From: Tubulanus polymorphus
Taxonomy: Eukaryota > Animalia > Nemertea
Length of the DNA: 64,000 nucleotides
Assembly (NCBI RefSeq): GCF_964204645.1
Contig: NC_134025.1
Span: forward strand, 13,888,001 to 13,952,000
Direction of reading: 5' to 3'
Shown here: piece by piece, positions 52,538 through 64,000 of the stretch
How positions within the stretch are numbered: the stretch's first letter is position 1
Layout of the letters: every line of letters starts with the position of its first letter
The notes under the pieces: model-generated
What the model was told of the DNA's origin: nothing
Seen by the model: the letters and a program-made list of their open reading frames with translations, nothing else
The model's database searches: none
Translations under genes and position numbers: made by a program

Positions 52538-53064
52538 TTAAGAGAATATCCTTTTTCTAAGATTAACAGCTTCATTGATTTTGGTGAGCGGCACGCGTTA
52601 CTTAAATGAGAGCGCTATCATCACAGCTCTGCAGTAAATACCGCAAACTACGCCACGCATCAACATGGAATTTTCGGCACAGTACAAGAAAAATGAAAAA
52701 TCCTCGTCAATTTTATTTCTTCTATAGTAGTTTTCTTTTTGAAGAATGTTGTATGTTGTACCCTTGATATATAATAAATTGCCCATGGGCAAAGTGTGGT
52801 TTACCTTGAAAGCTAGAGGTTGTTTGGAATAAGGGCATTGCTTGAAAAATCTTTTTAATTCGTGACTTTAAAGTTCCACAAGTTTATGTTGTATTTTATC
52901 TTTCTTATCTTAAAGAATTATTTTGTAGTCAAATAAGACCAAAGATATACATTTGGTTACGGTCCACGTCCAAGATTTTGTAGGGTACAGGTAGGCGCAG
53001 CAGGGAAACTATTTAATATTTTCAAAAAAATATGTTTCACAATATGAAAAAAATATTCAAATAA

Positions 53065-54211
53065 GGCCATCCCAAATTAATTGTCTGTTTGCCGTTACAA
53101 CGACTCAACTTTTCAGGATGAGTCAGTAGGTAGGTAGAATTTTTTTGCAAAATTTTTGGGCAAAAAAAACAAATTTATCACCTTTTTTACATGGAAACAA
53201 TATCGCAGAAATCATCTACGTTGCGCACGGGAAATTTGTCTAATAGCTAGATTTCGAGAATTATTCTAAAATTATAACTTCGTCCAGAGCGTCATCTCTG
53301 TGTTAAAAATGAAACAGTACATTGAATATGTGCACGCTTTTACATTACCAGCTTTAATATAGTCAATATGAGAATGAATGGCAGCTTATTGGAACACTGC
53401 CAGTTTCCAGGAAAACTTAAATTAGGCCACATGTCAAGGCATGTTTTCACACGATGCACACTTGAATTCAAACATACGTAGCTCCTACGTCGGCAGTGTG
53501 TTGGTCAGTCGGCCGTTTTTATCAAAAATAAAATTTATTTCAATGAATCCCAGAAAAAAAGTTTTCACTCGGTACCTTTGAAGTCGGGTCGGTCGGGTTA
53601 TGGCAAACAGACCATTAACCCTTTCGCTGCGTACACGCTTGCACCGCCCCCTACGTAAGGTATTTTCCGAAAAATTCGATTTTTTTCAAATTGTTTTTAA
53701 CCCCGATTTTTCGCGTTTTTATCGAAGATTATGATGTTATTTAGTGAAAATCAGTAAAAAATCATACCAACAGCCTTTTCTGTAGGGGGGGGCGTGTTGG
53801 GGGGGGGGGGTCAGGATGGGTTAGAAATTTTTTTTTTTCAGTTTTTCACCAAAGTGCCTATCTCAGTCTTTGGTGATTGATGCTACGGTGTGGATGAAAG
53901 AAATTCAATTGATATGGGATATCCTTTTCCGCTGGTAGAGGTACGTAAGAGGGGAGCCATCTCAATCCCGCACAAATTACCATGTGCTCAACAGGCTGAC
54001 AGCACCAACTACTGACGCATTTTCGCCATCTGTTGTTTAGAAAGCTAACTATCTTGTCTTACATGCGTTTCCATACTGTGTGCTGTGTACGCGTTCGAGT
54101 TATAAATCAATAGGTGCATGACGTTTCTACAACGTCATACGCACAGCACGTGTCACTCATATGACGTTTCCAAAACGTCACACGTAGCGAAAGGGTTAAT
54201 ATGGGATGGCC
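53065..54211. mobile_element. PIF/Harbinger-like MITE, same family as 45371-46679, inverted
   Basis: taa|ggccatcccaaattaattgtctgtttgccg ... gggatggcc|taa. Confidence 0.85.
53619..54195. mobile_element. piggyBac-like MITE nested in the Harbinger MITE's TIR
   Basis: ttaa|ccctttcgctgcgt ... acgtagcgaaaggg|ttaa. Confidence 0.88.
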
Positions 54212-56453
54212 TAAAATTCATATGATGTCACATATCAGAGGGTGGCTGAATACTGGGTCTTGGAAACCTCTTCCATTGTTGGCCGCGAAGTTAAAATACC
54301 GGCACAGAAGAAATCGACTATTAGATCGTTTTAAATCCTGGAATTTACGACTACAATATTCAGACCTCGAGCTATACTTGTAGTTTGCTGCTTAATATTT
54401 TCAGGTCACAAGAAATTACAATTTATTACAAATTCTTTCAAACAGAAAATACAGCGCCCATCTTCTGCTACGATTATTCAGCCTATTTTCACGTCACACG
54501 TGCACGCGTTACAGCATCACCTTTAGAAGTGTACTGTACGAGCTTGTGAGTGTGTCGTGTAGCGTGTCGTGTAGCACTCCGCGCGCATGTGGAGGCCTCG
54601 TGTAAGTGAATGTTCGCTTACACTTCAATGTCAATCAAAACAATCACCGGGTATTAAAATGAAACAATACCTATGGCGGATGTGTGAAATAATTATATCC
54701 TCACCAGCAATGACTATTTGAAATTCCACGTAAATGGCACCTAGTCCATGAAATGTACGCCATTTTATGGCTTTCCCATAATTATTTTAGTAGCGCCGGA
54801 ATTCCCCGTATATCCCAAAAACAGCCAATCCCATTCGCTCATAGAGACGACGCCCCCCAATCGAGGTTATTGCAATTTTATGTGCGAGAGATAAGAATTT
54901 TACCGCCAAAAATAGTTTTTCGTAGAATTTTAACTCAGTTGACCATGTCATCGACGGAGGTTCGCCATGTCTTCAATCGCATCGATTATACGTTGTTTAA
55001 GCCGAGAACCAATGAAACAAATGCTCACATAAAAAAACGTACCGTGATTTAACATGAATTGGCTCCATGCCAACATCATATCGCTGACAAAGGTAAACCA
55101 AAAAGCCTACTTGTAAATTCGACAGCAAGTGTTGAACAAATCCGCTCATGTTCTGTTTACATTAGTTGATCAAGATGACGTCACACTTCATCACTAAAAA
55201 TCCCCAAAACGGCATAAAATTGCCAATTTACCCAATTTAGGCTTCATCAATAGCCTTCAAAAAAAGTCGCCACTTAGCTGCCATTATGACAGCCAACTTA
55301 ACCCATTCAATGTGTCTACACCGATTAGTTTAATGAACTCTAATGAAAGATAGCAGCACCTGTCAAACATAGTGAAATATTAGTAACTAACGATACACCG
55401 CGCGGTGGCGTAGACGCACTATAGTGGTACGCCCATTATTCAACACACTAGGGTAGAATTTTTCAAAATTTTCAAATCATCTCCAGCACTATAGGGTATT
55501 GATTAGTCAGCACTGAAAAGGTTATTGCAGCCCTTAGCCCCTGTATCATTTCACACTGGGAGGAGATAGAGGAGATAGCGGTCAACACAAATTCAACACT
55601 CTGTTTTATACTAATAGGTTTAGCTGCGCTAATCTTACAATAATGATATACATCTTAAGTTAAAACAATGGCCATTTCTAAAATTATATCATAATTTGTA
55701 GTCAGCGCAGAATGTTTGGTTTTGTAACAAGAATTTTCTGATTACCTTCGTGAAAACTTCATGAAGGTAATAAGAAAATTCACTTCCGGTACAGTGTGTT
55801 TTAGTTGTCTAAAATAAGAGAAGGTATATAAATGCATATTCATAGAAATTTATTTACATGTAACCCTTTGATATAAAAGTTGTTCGATACTGTCCACATG
55901 CCAGTATCAAGGAGAGGGAGGATGTCCTGGAGCTGTAATTTTGTGGCATTAGCTTCTGCTTCCGCCTGGTTTGTTTTGGTTGTTACTAATGTGGAAATAA
56001 CACTGGCTCTGCTTGATGCCTGAATAAAAGGAAATTTTGGTAGATAAATCTGTTTCCATCCTTTTTTGGTCTCTCGTGGACATTACTCATACCAAGTTTT
56101 GAAGAAATGGCACGTTTTTTGATGTGTGTAGAGCACTGAAAAGAAATTCAAGATGTCCGCCATGTAATGGCCGTATCGGAAGAGTGAGAAAGCAGATTTT
56201 GGATCAAGTTTAAAAGAAATCACATGTAATTTGATGTGTGTAGAGCGCTGATGAGGATAAAATGCACGACATGCTCAGTAAAATACAATGTCAACCCGCC
56301 CTACCAGGGGTGATCTTTGTGTGAAAATGGTCCATTTGTGTTTAATCACTCTCACTCTAGCAGTGTTTTTTTTATCACACTTGTATTCAGATAATATTTG
56401 TTTTGTATATTTTCCACCAGCAAATCATAACATTCAGGCTTCACTAAACTTAC

Positions 56454-56699
56454 CAATAATCGGGTTTGGAGGATGTCTCCATTATCCAATTGAATCTTCA
56501 CCCACCGGTCATTCGCATCTGACTCGGGAAAACTGTATTCCTTCACCTGTGAACTGTACTGAATCTTAATATTGTCTGACTTGGGAAAAGACCGTTTTAT
56601 TCCTTCTATGATGACATCATTTTCAACTATATAAGCCAAGTTCTCATCACCACTTCCAAGATCAAAGTTAATCATGGCATCAGAGCAAGCGTCCCATAC
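56454..56699 (-). CDS. COQ6: COQ6 coding exon (first exon seen in window)
   Basis: AG|...|GTAAGT boundaries, 246 nt, phase 0-0. Translates VWDACSDAMINFDLGSGDENLAYIVENDVII...WVKIQLDNGDILQTRLL, matching the COQ6 VWDACS/YIVENDVI motifs. Confidence 0.93.
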
Positions 56700-57447
56700 C
56701 TAAGAAAAAATTCATTTCGATCAAAAATGATTGCCTGGAAATTAATAAACCAGTAGCAAATTAATACATGGAAATGTGTATCAAGGCATAAATTTCATGG
56801 CAGCAGTGGCAGCATTTGCTGTGCTAGTGAAATCATTGCTACCACTTTGAATCTTTACAGTGTGGTAATGAAGCAGCTTATACATAATCATACATTGTAG
56901 TGGTCAATGACAATCCTGTACCCAATTGTTAAAAATGATTATCATTATAATAGCAGTATTATCATACAACTTGCTTTTTATTCATTTCCGGAAGCAAATT
57001 CATATTCATATTTATATTTCATGATTTATATGATATTTCATATATAGTATTTCAGTCATAATTTTGTATTTATGATATCTAACTTCATTTTTATAATTTT
57101 TGACTTTGTAATTGTATTTCTGGTTTTTAGCAGGTTGTTATCTATTATTTAACACACAGAGATGACCTGACACTGTCTAAGCAATTAATTATTTACAAGC
57201 TCTATGCCTATGTGTTAATTGGTATCTAAACTTGAGTCGTGGTCAACAGAGAAGTTTGTCTGTCACCTATGGATTTGTCTATTGTAGTACTCACAGCCGC
57301 TGCCAACAAGTTTGGACATATTTTTTAATTAGTTTCTCGCTCTGGCTATCTGTCTCCAAGGTATATTGACCAATCATGATGTTCGTTACAAATGCGAGAT
57401 GGGTCCGAATTTGTAGGGTATTTAAACCCTAGCTAACCAAGATCTTT

Positions 57448-57858
57448 GCTCAGTTTACATCTCGCATCTGTAATAAACACATGATTGCTGTCAATGCTTT
57501 AGTTGGACTTATAATCTTATTTTCAAGGTAAGCCAGAGTTATGTTACGTGTTTTATATCTGAAATAGGCCTAAGACCTTATACATAAGGTTTTTAATATC
57601 TAGTCTAGTTTAATATACTGATCTCGTCTAATTCAAAACTTCTGTTGTCTGAATAAATCTTAAAGTAAAGAATGTTTATTCCATTATGTCACAATACTAT
57701 ATTTCATAATACTATATACTCAATATTTAACGAAATGTGATATCAATAATTTGTCTATATGATATTGATTATATTGGCTCAGTTTACATCTCGCATCTGT
57801 AATAAACACATGATTGCTGTCAATGCTTTAGTTGGACTTATAATCTTATTTTCAAGGT
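57448..57858. repeat. Two identical 82-bp direct repeats
   Basis: gctcagtttacatc...cttattttcaaggt at 57448-57529 and 57777-57858. Confidence 0.9.
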
Positions 57859-58199
57859 GACGTGCTCTCGTAGCAAACTCGTTCTCATAACTTTAACGTA
57901 ACAACGAAAGTTGCGTTAATAGCAGATATAATGAAAATTCATTATTTGACAGAAAGTGGACAATGATAAAAAAAGTATGGTTGTCAGGAATATGTTCTTG
58001 TCACAAATTCAATGTCAAATACACATCACTATCTGATCATTTTGTCAAGGATGATGCACCAGGTTACCTAATCATTCTCCTCATTATCATTTTATGGCAT
58101 CCTGTGGTAAAGCATAACTTTTCTCCAATAACCTCATAACCTTTTTATCCCTGGATCATATCTGCGGCGTCCTCTGATCTTTCTGTGCCTGCACATGCC

Positions 58200-59500
58200 T
58201 ATTGTATCTTATTTTGTATCATATGGGAAAATATATTGGACGCAAGACCTTTACATTGAACTGAGCAGTTCTCTTTTCTTCGTGTCTCCACTCACTGCCC
58301 AGTTCGGTAACGAAATTGGTGCTGTGACCAAGATTAAAACGTCAAACTTATCAACAACAATGCAACAGATCAAATCATCAAACAAGGGCACCCACAGCAG
58401 AGCAACTTAAGAATCAAAGGCAAGCAATAACTGAAGCATTCGACAAAACATTTGAAACAATCAGCGAACGATTACGAATTTAACTCAATTTAGAGTAACT
58501 TTTAACACTAGAAGCCAAATTAGATGAACTGAGAAAACCATACGAAAAAAGAGATGAACTGTCAACCAAAATCGATGCGAAGCGCGAACACGAATATGCA
58601 AAAAGTGAGACCACGCTGATCTACCAGAGGATATCCAAAATGCAACCAACAAGAAGAACAGAAGAAAGAATGATCCTTCTTCGCATAAAGAAAATCATCA
58701 AAAATAACAAGACGAAAAGGCCACAACAGACCCCGTGCCAACGAAAAAAGGATGAACTGAAACTACCAAATTTCGACCGAACATATCCTCAGTGGACTAG
58801 TTTCTGAGAAACCATTCAGACCGATATTCTGGCGGGTAACTTTTTGGACATTACAAAGCTTAACTACATAGTAGGACAATTAAGAGGAATTTCCCTCAAC
58901 TTGATTAAGGGCATAATCTCAACGAAAGATACTGCCAAAATCCTACAATCATCGGAGCACTTGCGAACAAGATTTTCAAACTGCAAGTGCCGCAATACAG
59001 TTAAGGTGCACTTTCACGATTCTTCAATGCGAACATTAGATCTCTGAGATATCTTGGAGTCAATGTCGACGATTGTGCACCATTCCTGATCAACAAACTC
59101 GAGAAAATTACAATGGATGTTTTTAGAATAAATGGGCACTGACCAAGGAAAACATATTTTGATCTCAACAAAGTTCATCAAGTCTTTTGAAATACATTTG
59201 GAACACAAGGGTGAAAGCAACCACACAAACCATAATCGCCAGGAATATCGTCAAACCAGCAACAGCCCACAGTCTCATGGGTAATTCAAGCCAGAAACAC
59301 TAACGCAGTCAACTGTCCCTTCTGTTATGGAGATCACACACATAACTAATGTATGCTGTCAATGATCCAACGGAGGAAAGCTGTATACGAGAGGCAACTA
59401 TGTTTCAACTGTTTGATGGCCAACTACGCACTGATGACTGCTGAAATCCCCGATGATGTCATGATTTCACCACACATCGATACATCAGGATAAAGAACGT
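58200..59500 (+). mobile_element. BEL/Pao 5' remnant (PBS + gag)
   Basis: tggtgctgtgaccaagat at 58317 (tRNA-His-like PBS); KLPNF..WTSF, ITKLNYIVGQLRG (DUF1759), CPFC..H, LCFNCL. Confidence 0.72.
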
Positions 59501-60561
59501 TAAATTCTATATCAAATTCCAAGATGATAGTCAAGAGGGATTGCCTGGTAAATCCCTAATGATTCTGTTAGGCCAACTGCTGTATTTGTAGGTTTTTAGA
59601 GTTAGGTTTGGTTTGTTTTGAGAGTATGGGGTATGAGAGTTGGGATTTGGGAGTTTCTTTGGGGTTGGGGAATTAGGTTGTTGGGCGTGATAAGAACGGC
59701 AGCTCCGGCTTGTACCCCATATCTATATATCTACGGCATGCCCGCACAATGGATAGCGAGAATATTATACTATTCTCACCATGCGGTGCTGTAACGATGC
59801 AGAATTTATTTAGTGTGGCTTTGGTTTGATGGAGGTAAGGTTGTGTTACGAAAACCTTGGTGGTGAAGTAAAAAGAAAACAACCCTGTCCTGTTAGTGCA
59901 TGCTTGGAGTAGAGCCTCAGCTTGTACCCTATATCTATATATCTGCAGCATGCCGGCACAACAGAGAGAATATCATACTAAATTGAATCCAGCATAGAAT
60001 CAGTTTTAAGGCTGGAGAGAATATTATACTAAATAGAATCCAGCATAGAATCAGTTCGAAGGCTGCTGTTGAAGATACCAATGATAGATGAATCCATGCA
60101 GAAGCTAACCACCCTATATAATTTACAAGAGGAAGTAGAAGAGGCTGAAGAATTTATCAGTAAGGGGTAAGGCACATTTACATCTGAATTCAACATTAGA
60201 ATCAAGTCGACTTATATAGCGTAGTTGGTCCCAGATATCAACTATTATTTTACGATTATTATTAATTTCAAAATTATCATCTTTTTCATGTATCTTTACG
60301 CATTTATGATTTAAACATAATATATTCTTGTTTGTTCTTGTCATAAACTAGAGACAGCATGCCTTTGCTTGACTGAGCATCGAATTGATAGTGATTTTCA
60401 CTGTTTTGACAATAATTTGATATCTGTTGCTCAGTTGGCTAACTGACTGCCACTTCCATCGGGAATTTTAAAGTAGCGCGTTTCTATGTGGACCTTCTAC
60501 CCCCCGACTTTTGCTAGGACTTGACATGTATCCATTCAGGACAAGGGATTTCTGGATGGGT

Positions 60562-60623
60562 CCAAGTCTGGAGTGACCAGGGGACATAAACCGTTTCGGT
60601 CCTACTGGTCATTCTCGACTTGG
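60562..60623 (+). other. Long stem-loop of unknown function
   Basis: ccaagtctggagtgaccaggggac / gtcctactggtcattctcgacttgg; about 23 pairs including three G-U, 13-nt loop. Confidence 0.6.
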
Positions 60624-62272
60624 TCGCAAAATAAAACAGTTCGTCATCCAGAAATCATCTTGTGCCTTATACGTGTGTTATTATTTTAGGTTAGTCCGAT
60701 ATTTTGTAATTTCTAACTTTAAGGCCTAAAGTTACATGCTGGATTTGTAAAGAGTATGTAAATGTACGATTTAATAGTATTATGATATGAAGATTCGATT
60801 TATAGTTGTAACGTTGTTGCCCTGATGCAACATGTATAGTTACGTTTACGTTTAAGATATGAATTACGTGTGTTATTATTTTAGATCGTTCTACCTGACT
60901 AGTTCCTGGCTAACACCCCATACAAATTCAACGGTGTTATACTTACACCTTGCAGCCTAAAATACCCCTCTGCAATACACTTTACTCCTGGAAGCCATTG
61001 TCATAGATAATGAATCACTTTTTTTGAAGGAGGTAGAATGTATCATTCCACAGGCTACATATCTCCAATTGATTAAAAGATATTGATTGATTAGTTAATC
61101 CGAAATTGTGTCTTTTTTATGTATACAGCAACCCCTGGTGGCCAATGAAAAAATTGTGTGACCTTAAAAATATGCACAGGGGCGTATCATTCCATTGGCT
61201 GCATATCAGCAACATACGTATCTCTGTAACTAGGATGTGGCCATGCCATATATGTCTCTACCATGTCATGTAGATTACTTAATTGATCTTTGGCTTCGTC
61301 TGTAAGAATTATTGGTAAGTCTAACACAGATAAACTCAATACACTCTTCCCACTTTGTAAGAATTAAAGTTGAACATAGATAAACCTGTCTTTTCTCTCA
61401 AATCAAGTTTCATGGATATTGCAGGCTGAATTGTGCAAACAAGAAATTCAAGATAGCAACCTCGGTGGCCATATCTGATGGCCGATGATATTCATTTTCG
61501 ATAGGGGTTCATTGCTTACCAGCCCTAATCCTTAACCAAGTTTCATGAAAACCCTTTAAGAATAAGTTCAAGATGGCTTGATATTTGATGACCATAGGGT
61601 GGTTAGCATTTTGATAGAGAAATACGGGCAAGAGTACATAGGTTCTCCCTTCTTGGTGATTCCAATGTATACAAACAATTAAAATCCAATCCCCTTCCTC
61701 GGATGCAAACTTCATTTAATAAGAATCTTTCTGGCATTATTAAATGTTTTCCAGATTCTTTTGAAATTCCATTCTCGTCTTCCTGTAGTCCTACACTGTC
61801 TTACCGGTGCTATTCTGTACAATCGTTTTTACTGGAAAATATTATTAGATGAATTGAATTTATTGTTCTCGCACTTTGATCGGTCGTGCTTCATTTTGCT
61901 ATGTCTGTTTATTGTATTTGTATTTGTTTGGTAGTTCTATATAAATGTGGAAATTTATGTATAGGCCCATCTACACAACAGACTAATGCCGTATTATCCG
62001 TCTACACTATAGACAAAATACCGCATTAACGATACCGTCTTTAGATAAACCGCTTTACAATAATGGGGCATTAAGCATAGTGTAGACGCGATGTCGCATT
62101 AGAATAAGTCGGTGCGAGATAACGCCCTGGTTTTACTAAATAAAGTAAATTTGGATTTGGATTTACCAACATCCGGTTGGCCGTCCGTCCATCTGTCGGA
62201 ACCAACGAAATTTCATTGTTCGTAATCGTTCTTATTATCTTACAAATCTTTTAATCGTTTATTCCTGCTTAA

Positions 62273-63484
62273 AGGGGTCATGAAGAGGTTTTGAAAAAAT
62301 GTTTAAATCTAATTTTTTTTGTATAGAACATTCACCGTATGCATCTATAGTAGTCTATAAATATCTTTATCCAACCTCGAGAAAAGCCCGCAGCAACGGC
62401 CCTAGCAATGGGACGCTCATGTTTGCGCGGTGATGTTGATGACATCATTCTGAGAACACAAAGCCTGCAGCACACTCAGAAGCGTACAATGCTCATTTTC
62501 GTTGAATATCGCGCTTATTTTACCGTCTTTTGAAATGCCTTGGCTGTGTGTAGCTATGAAGTTATTCCACAAAGGCAGCGACAAATTTTAGTGGCCAAAA
62601 CCAAAGATTTAGCCCTAAGATGATGGACCGTAAGAGCAAAAACACTAGGCAAGGTTCTAGGTTCACACTTTAGAGAAGGATTCTCGCAAATATTACAGCA
62701 CACATAAACTTGGATACACAAAACTTATGTTTTTATTATCTGAGAGCCTTTTATTCTGCCAAGTGATGCTATTTTTGAGAATTAAATACCTAGTAAGAGA
62801 TACGCGCTTTCCACTGCATATAGTACTGGCTTTCCCCAGTGACTCACATCGCTGTAGTATGTACAACATACTGACTGTATGTATGCAGCACACATTACTA
62901 TTACACGGATGGCGCAGGCTCGTCTGGGGTTCACGAACAAGTTTACAGTTTCAGGACGCTTTTATGGTCCAGTACTGGATAAAAATATCTCTGCCCACAG
63001 AAATATCTGCAATGTCTTTATCAGTCATCCCCTCCGCGTGGTTTTAACAAATAGAGACTGAAAATGACGATGAATGCTCGCTGCTCCACGACGTAGAAAT
63101 ATGCTGTACTATAGTCACAAATTCCTTCGTTCTGAGGCATCAGGTCTAAATTAAATGGAATAATTTTGACTGTCTATTAATAACAACTGTTCGCTTCCTA
63201 AACTTCAGACATTTGATTGGAATCTCATGTATTTGAGTCATTATTTTGCTTTTTAATCGCTGTTAGTATCACCCGTTTCTATACACTACACCATGTTGTT
63301 TTGGTTTGGGTTCTCAGAATGACGTCACACTTCCGGGTTGGAAAGGAATCAGCGCGGCCGATCAAAAGTCTCGTTTTAACACTTAACAAGAATTAAATTT
63401 CTTGACCACTAAATCAATAAATAGGTTACAATTGATGATAAAAAATACTTTTAGCCATATCTTAAAAATCTCTTCATGACTCCT
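62273..63484. mobile_element. Kolobok-like non-autonomous element
   Basis: ttaa|aggggtcatgaagag ... ctcttcatgactcct|ttaa; internal IR tgacatcattctgagaac / gttctcagaatgacgtca. Confidence 0.85.
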
Positions 63485-63493
63485 TTAACTAAA

Positions 63494-64000
63494 ATGAGTT
63501 CGAGTACTCACCAGAAAGATCCAGCCAAAAAACCCCCATGCACTTGGACTCATAGCGAAACAAAAGCTTTGTTGGCAATATGGCGAAAGCACAATATTAA
63601 ACCACATTTGGACGGTACAAAAAAAGACTCGACCGTTTACCGATTAATTGCTGAGGAATTAGACAAAATAGGAATTATGAGAACTAGTAAACAGGTTACA
63701 TCTTGAATTAAACTTCTTAAACAGCAATATAGGGAATGCAAAGACAACAACAAACGCAGTGGGCGAGATGCTAAAACCACTGAATATTACGATGCCCTGG
63801 ATGAAGTCTTGGGTCATAGGGCAAACATTGATCCTCCATTTTTAATGGAGACCTTGTCGGCTTCTAATAGAACTGTTAGTGTAGAGGATCAACCTAATAT
63901 ATCAATTGAAGGACAATCCCATTGTTTGAAGTCACTGTTAAGCATTAACAGTGATTCTGATTCTTGTTCTGAGGGCGAGGACAACGATGCAAACAATTCT
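63494..64000 (+). pseudogene. Myb/SANT-like DNA-binding protein (Harbinger ORF2), premature stop at 63704
   Basis: WTHSETKALLAIW..LDGTKKDSTVYRLIAEEL..RTSKQV.*IKLLKQQYRECKDNNKRSGR..YYDALDEVLG. Confidence 0.85.

Larger units (their letters stand above)
61964..64000 (+). mobile_element. Harbinger transposon left part (TIR + Myb/SANT-like ORF)
   Basis: ggcccatctacac TIR-like end with gtctacac/gtgtagac subterminal motifs, followed by the Myb/SANT-like ORF. Confidence 0.65.

Noticed and set aside
55870-56020. Acceptor followed by an open frame (ASSRASVISTLV...) on the COQ6 strand
   Set aside because: No recognisable homology or clear donor, and it is not needed for the COQ6 frame.
59550-60350. 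Possible LINE RT remnant with short internal duplications
   Set aside because: Motifs are too degenerate to assign by eye.
56701-64000. Upstream COQ6 exons (GAW..MR..MQ and the GxGxxG exon)
   Set aside because: Searched by eye on the minus strand and not found; presumed outside the window.

Overview
This is AT-rich eukaryotic (animal, probably marine invertebrate) DNA; no prokaryotic genes, rRNA or CRISPR arrays are supported. The window appears to lie inside one minus-strand host gene, COQ6 (ubiquinone-biosynthesis FAD monooxygenase). Six small coding exons (728 nt total, 56699 down to 12605, one GC-AG intron) splice into one open frame, and the first and last exons lie outside the window. 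The introns are filled with nested transposons. The main ones are: (1) a complete ISL2EU-type PIF/Harbinger element (3768-11838, 21-bp TIRs, AT TSD) with a THAP-DDE transposase and a convergent, spliced SAP...YqaJ exonuclease gene that the ORF track does not reveal; (2) an Academ element (TAG-ended TIRs, AGG TSD); (3) a THAP-Kolobok transposase; (4) a very young full-length BEL/Pao LTR retrotransposon with near-identical 303-bp LTRs but a deleted integrase catalytic Glu; (5) two Penelope-like elements, each with a minimal hammerhead ribozyme; (6) Gypsy, BEL and LINE remnants; (7) many MITEs, Helentron-associated repeats, SINE heads and a 31-bp self-complementary minisatellite. I cannot claim a new system with certainty. 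The best candidates for follow-up are the hidden SAP-YqaJ/THAP-transposase element, its frame-compatible position downstream of a COQ6 splice donor, the ribozymes, and an unexplained long hairpin at 60.56 kb. All calls are by-eye motif recognition; no database searches were run.
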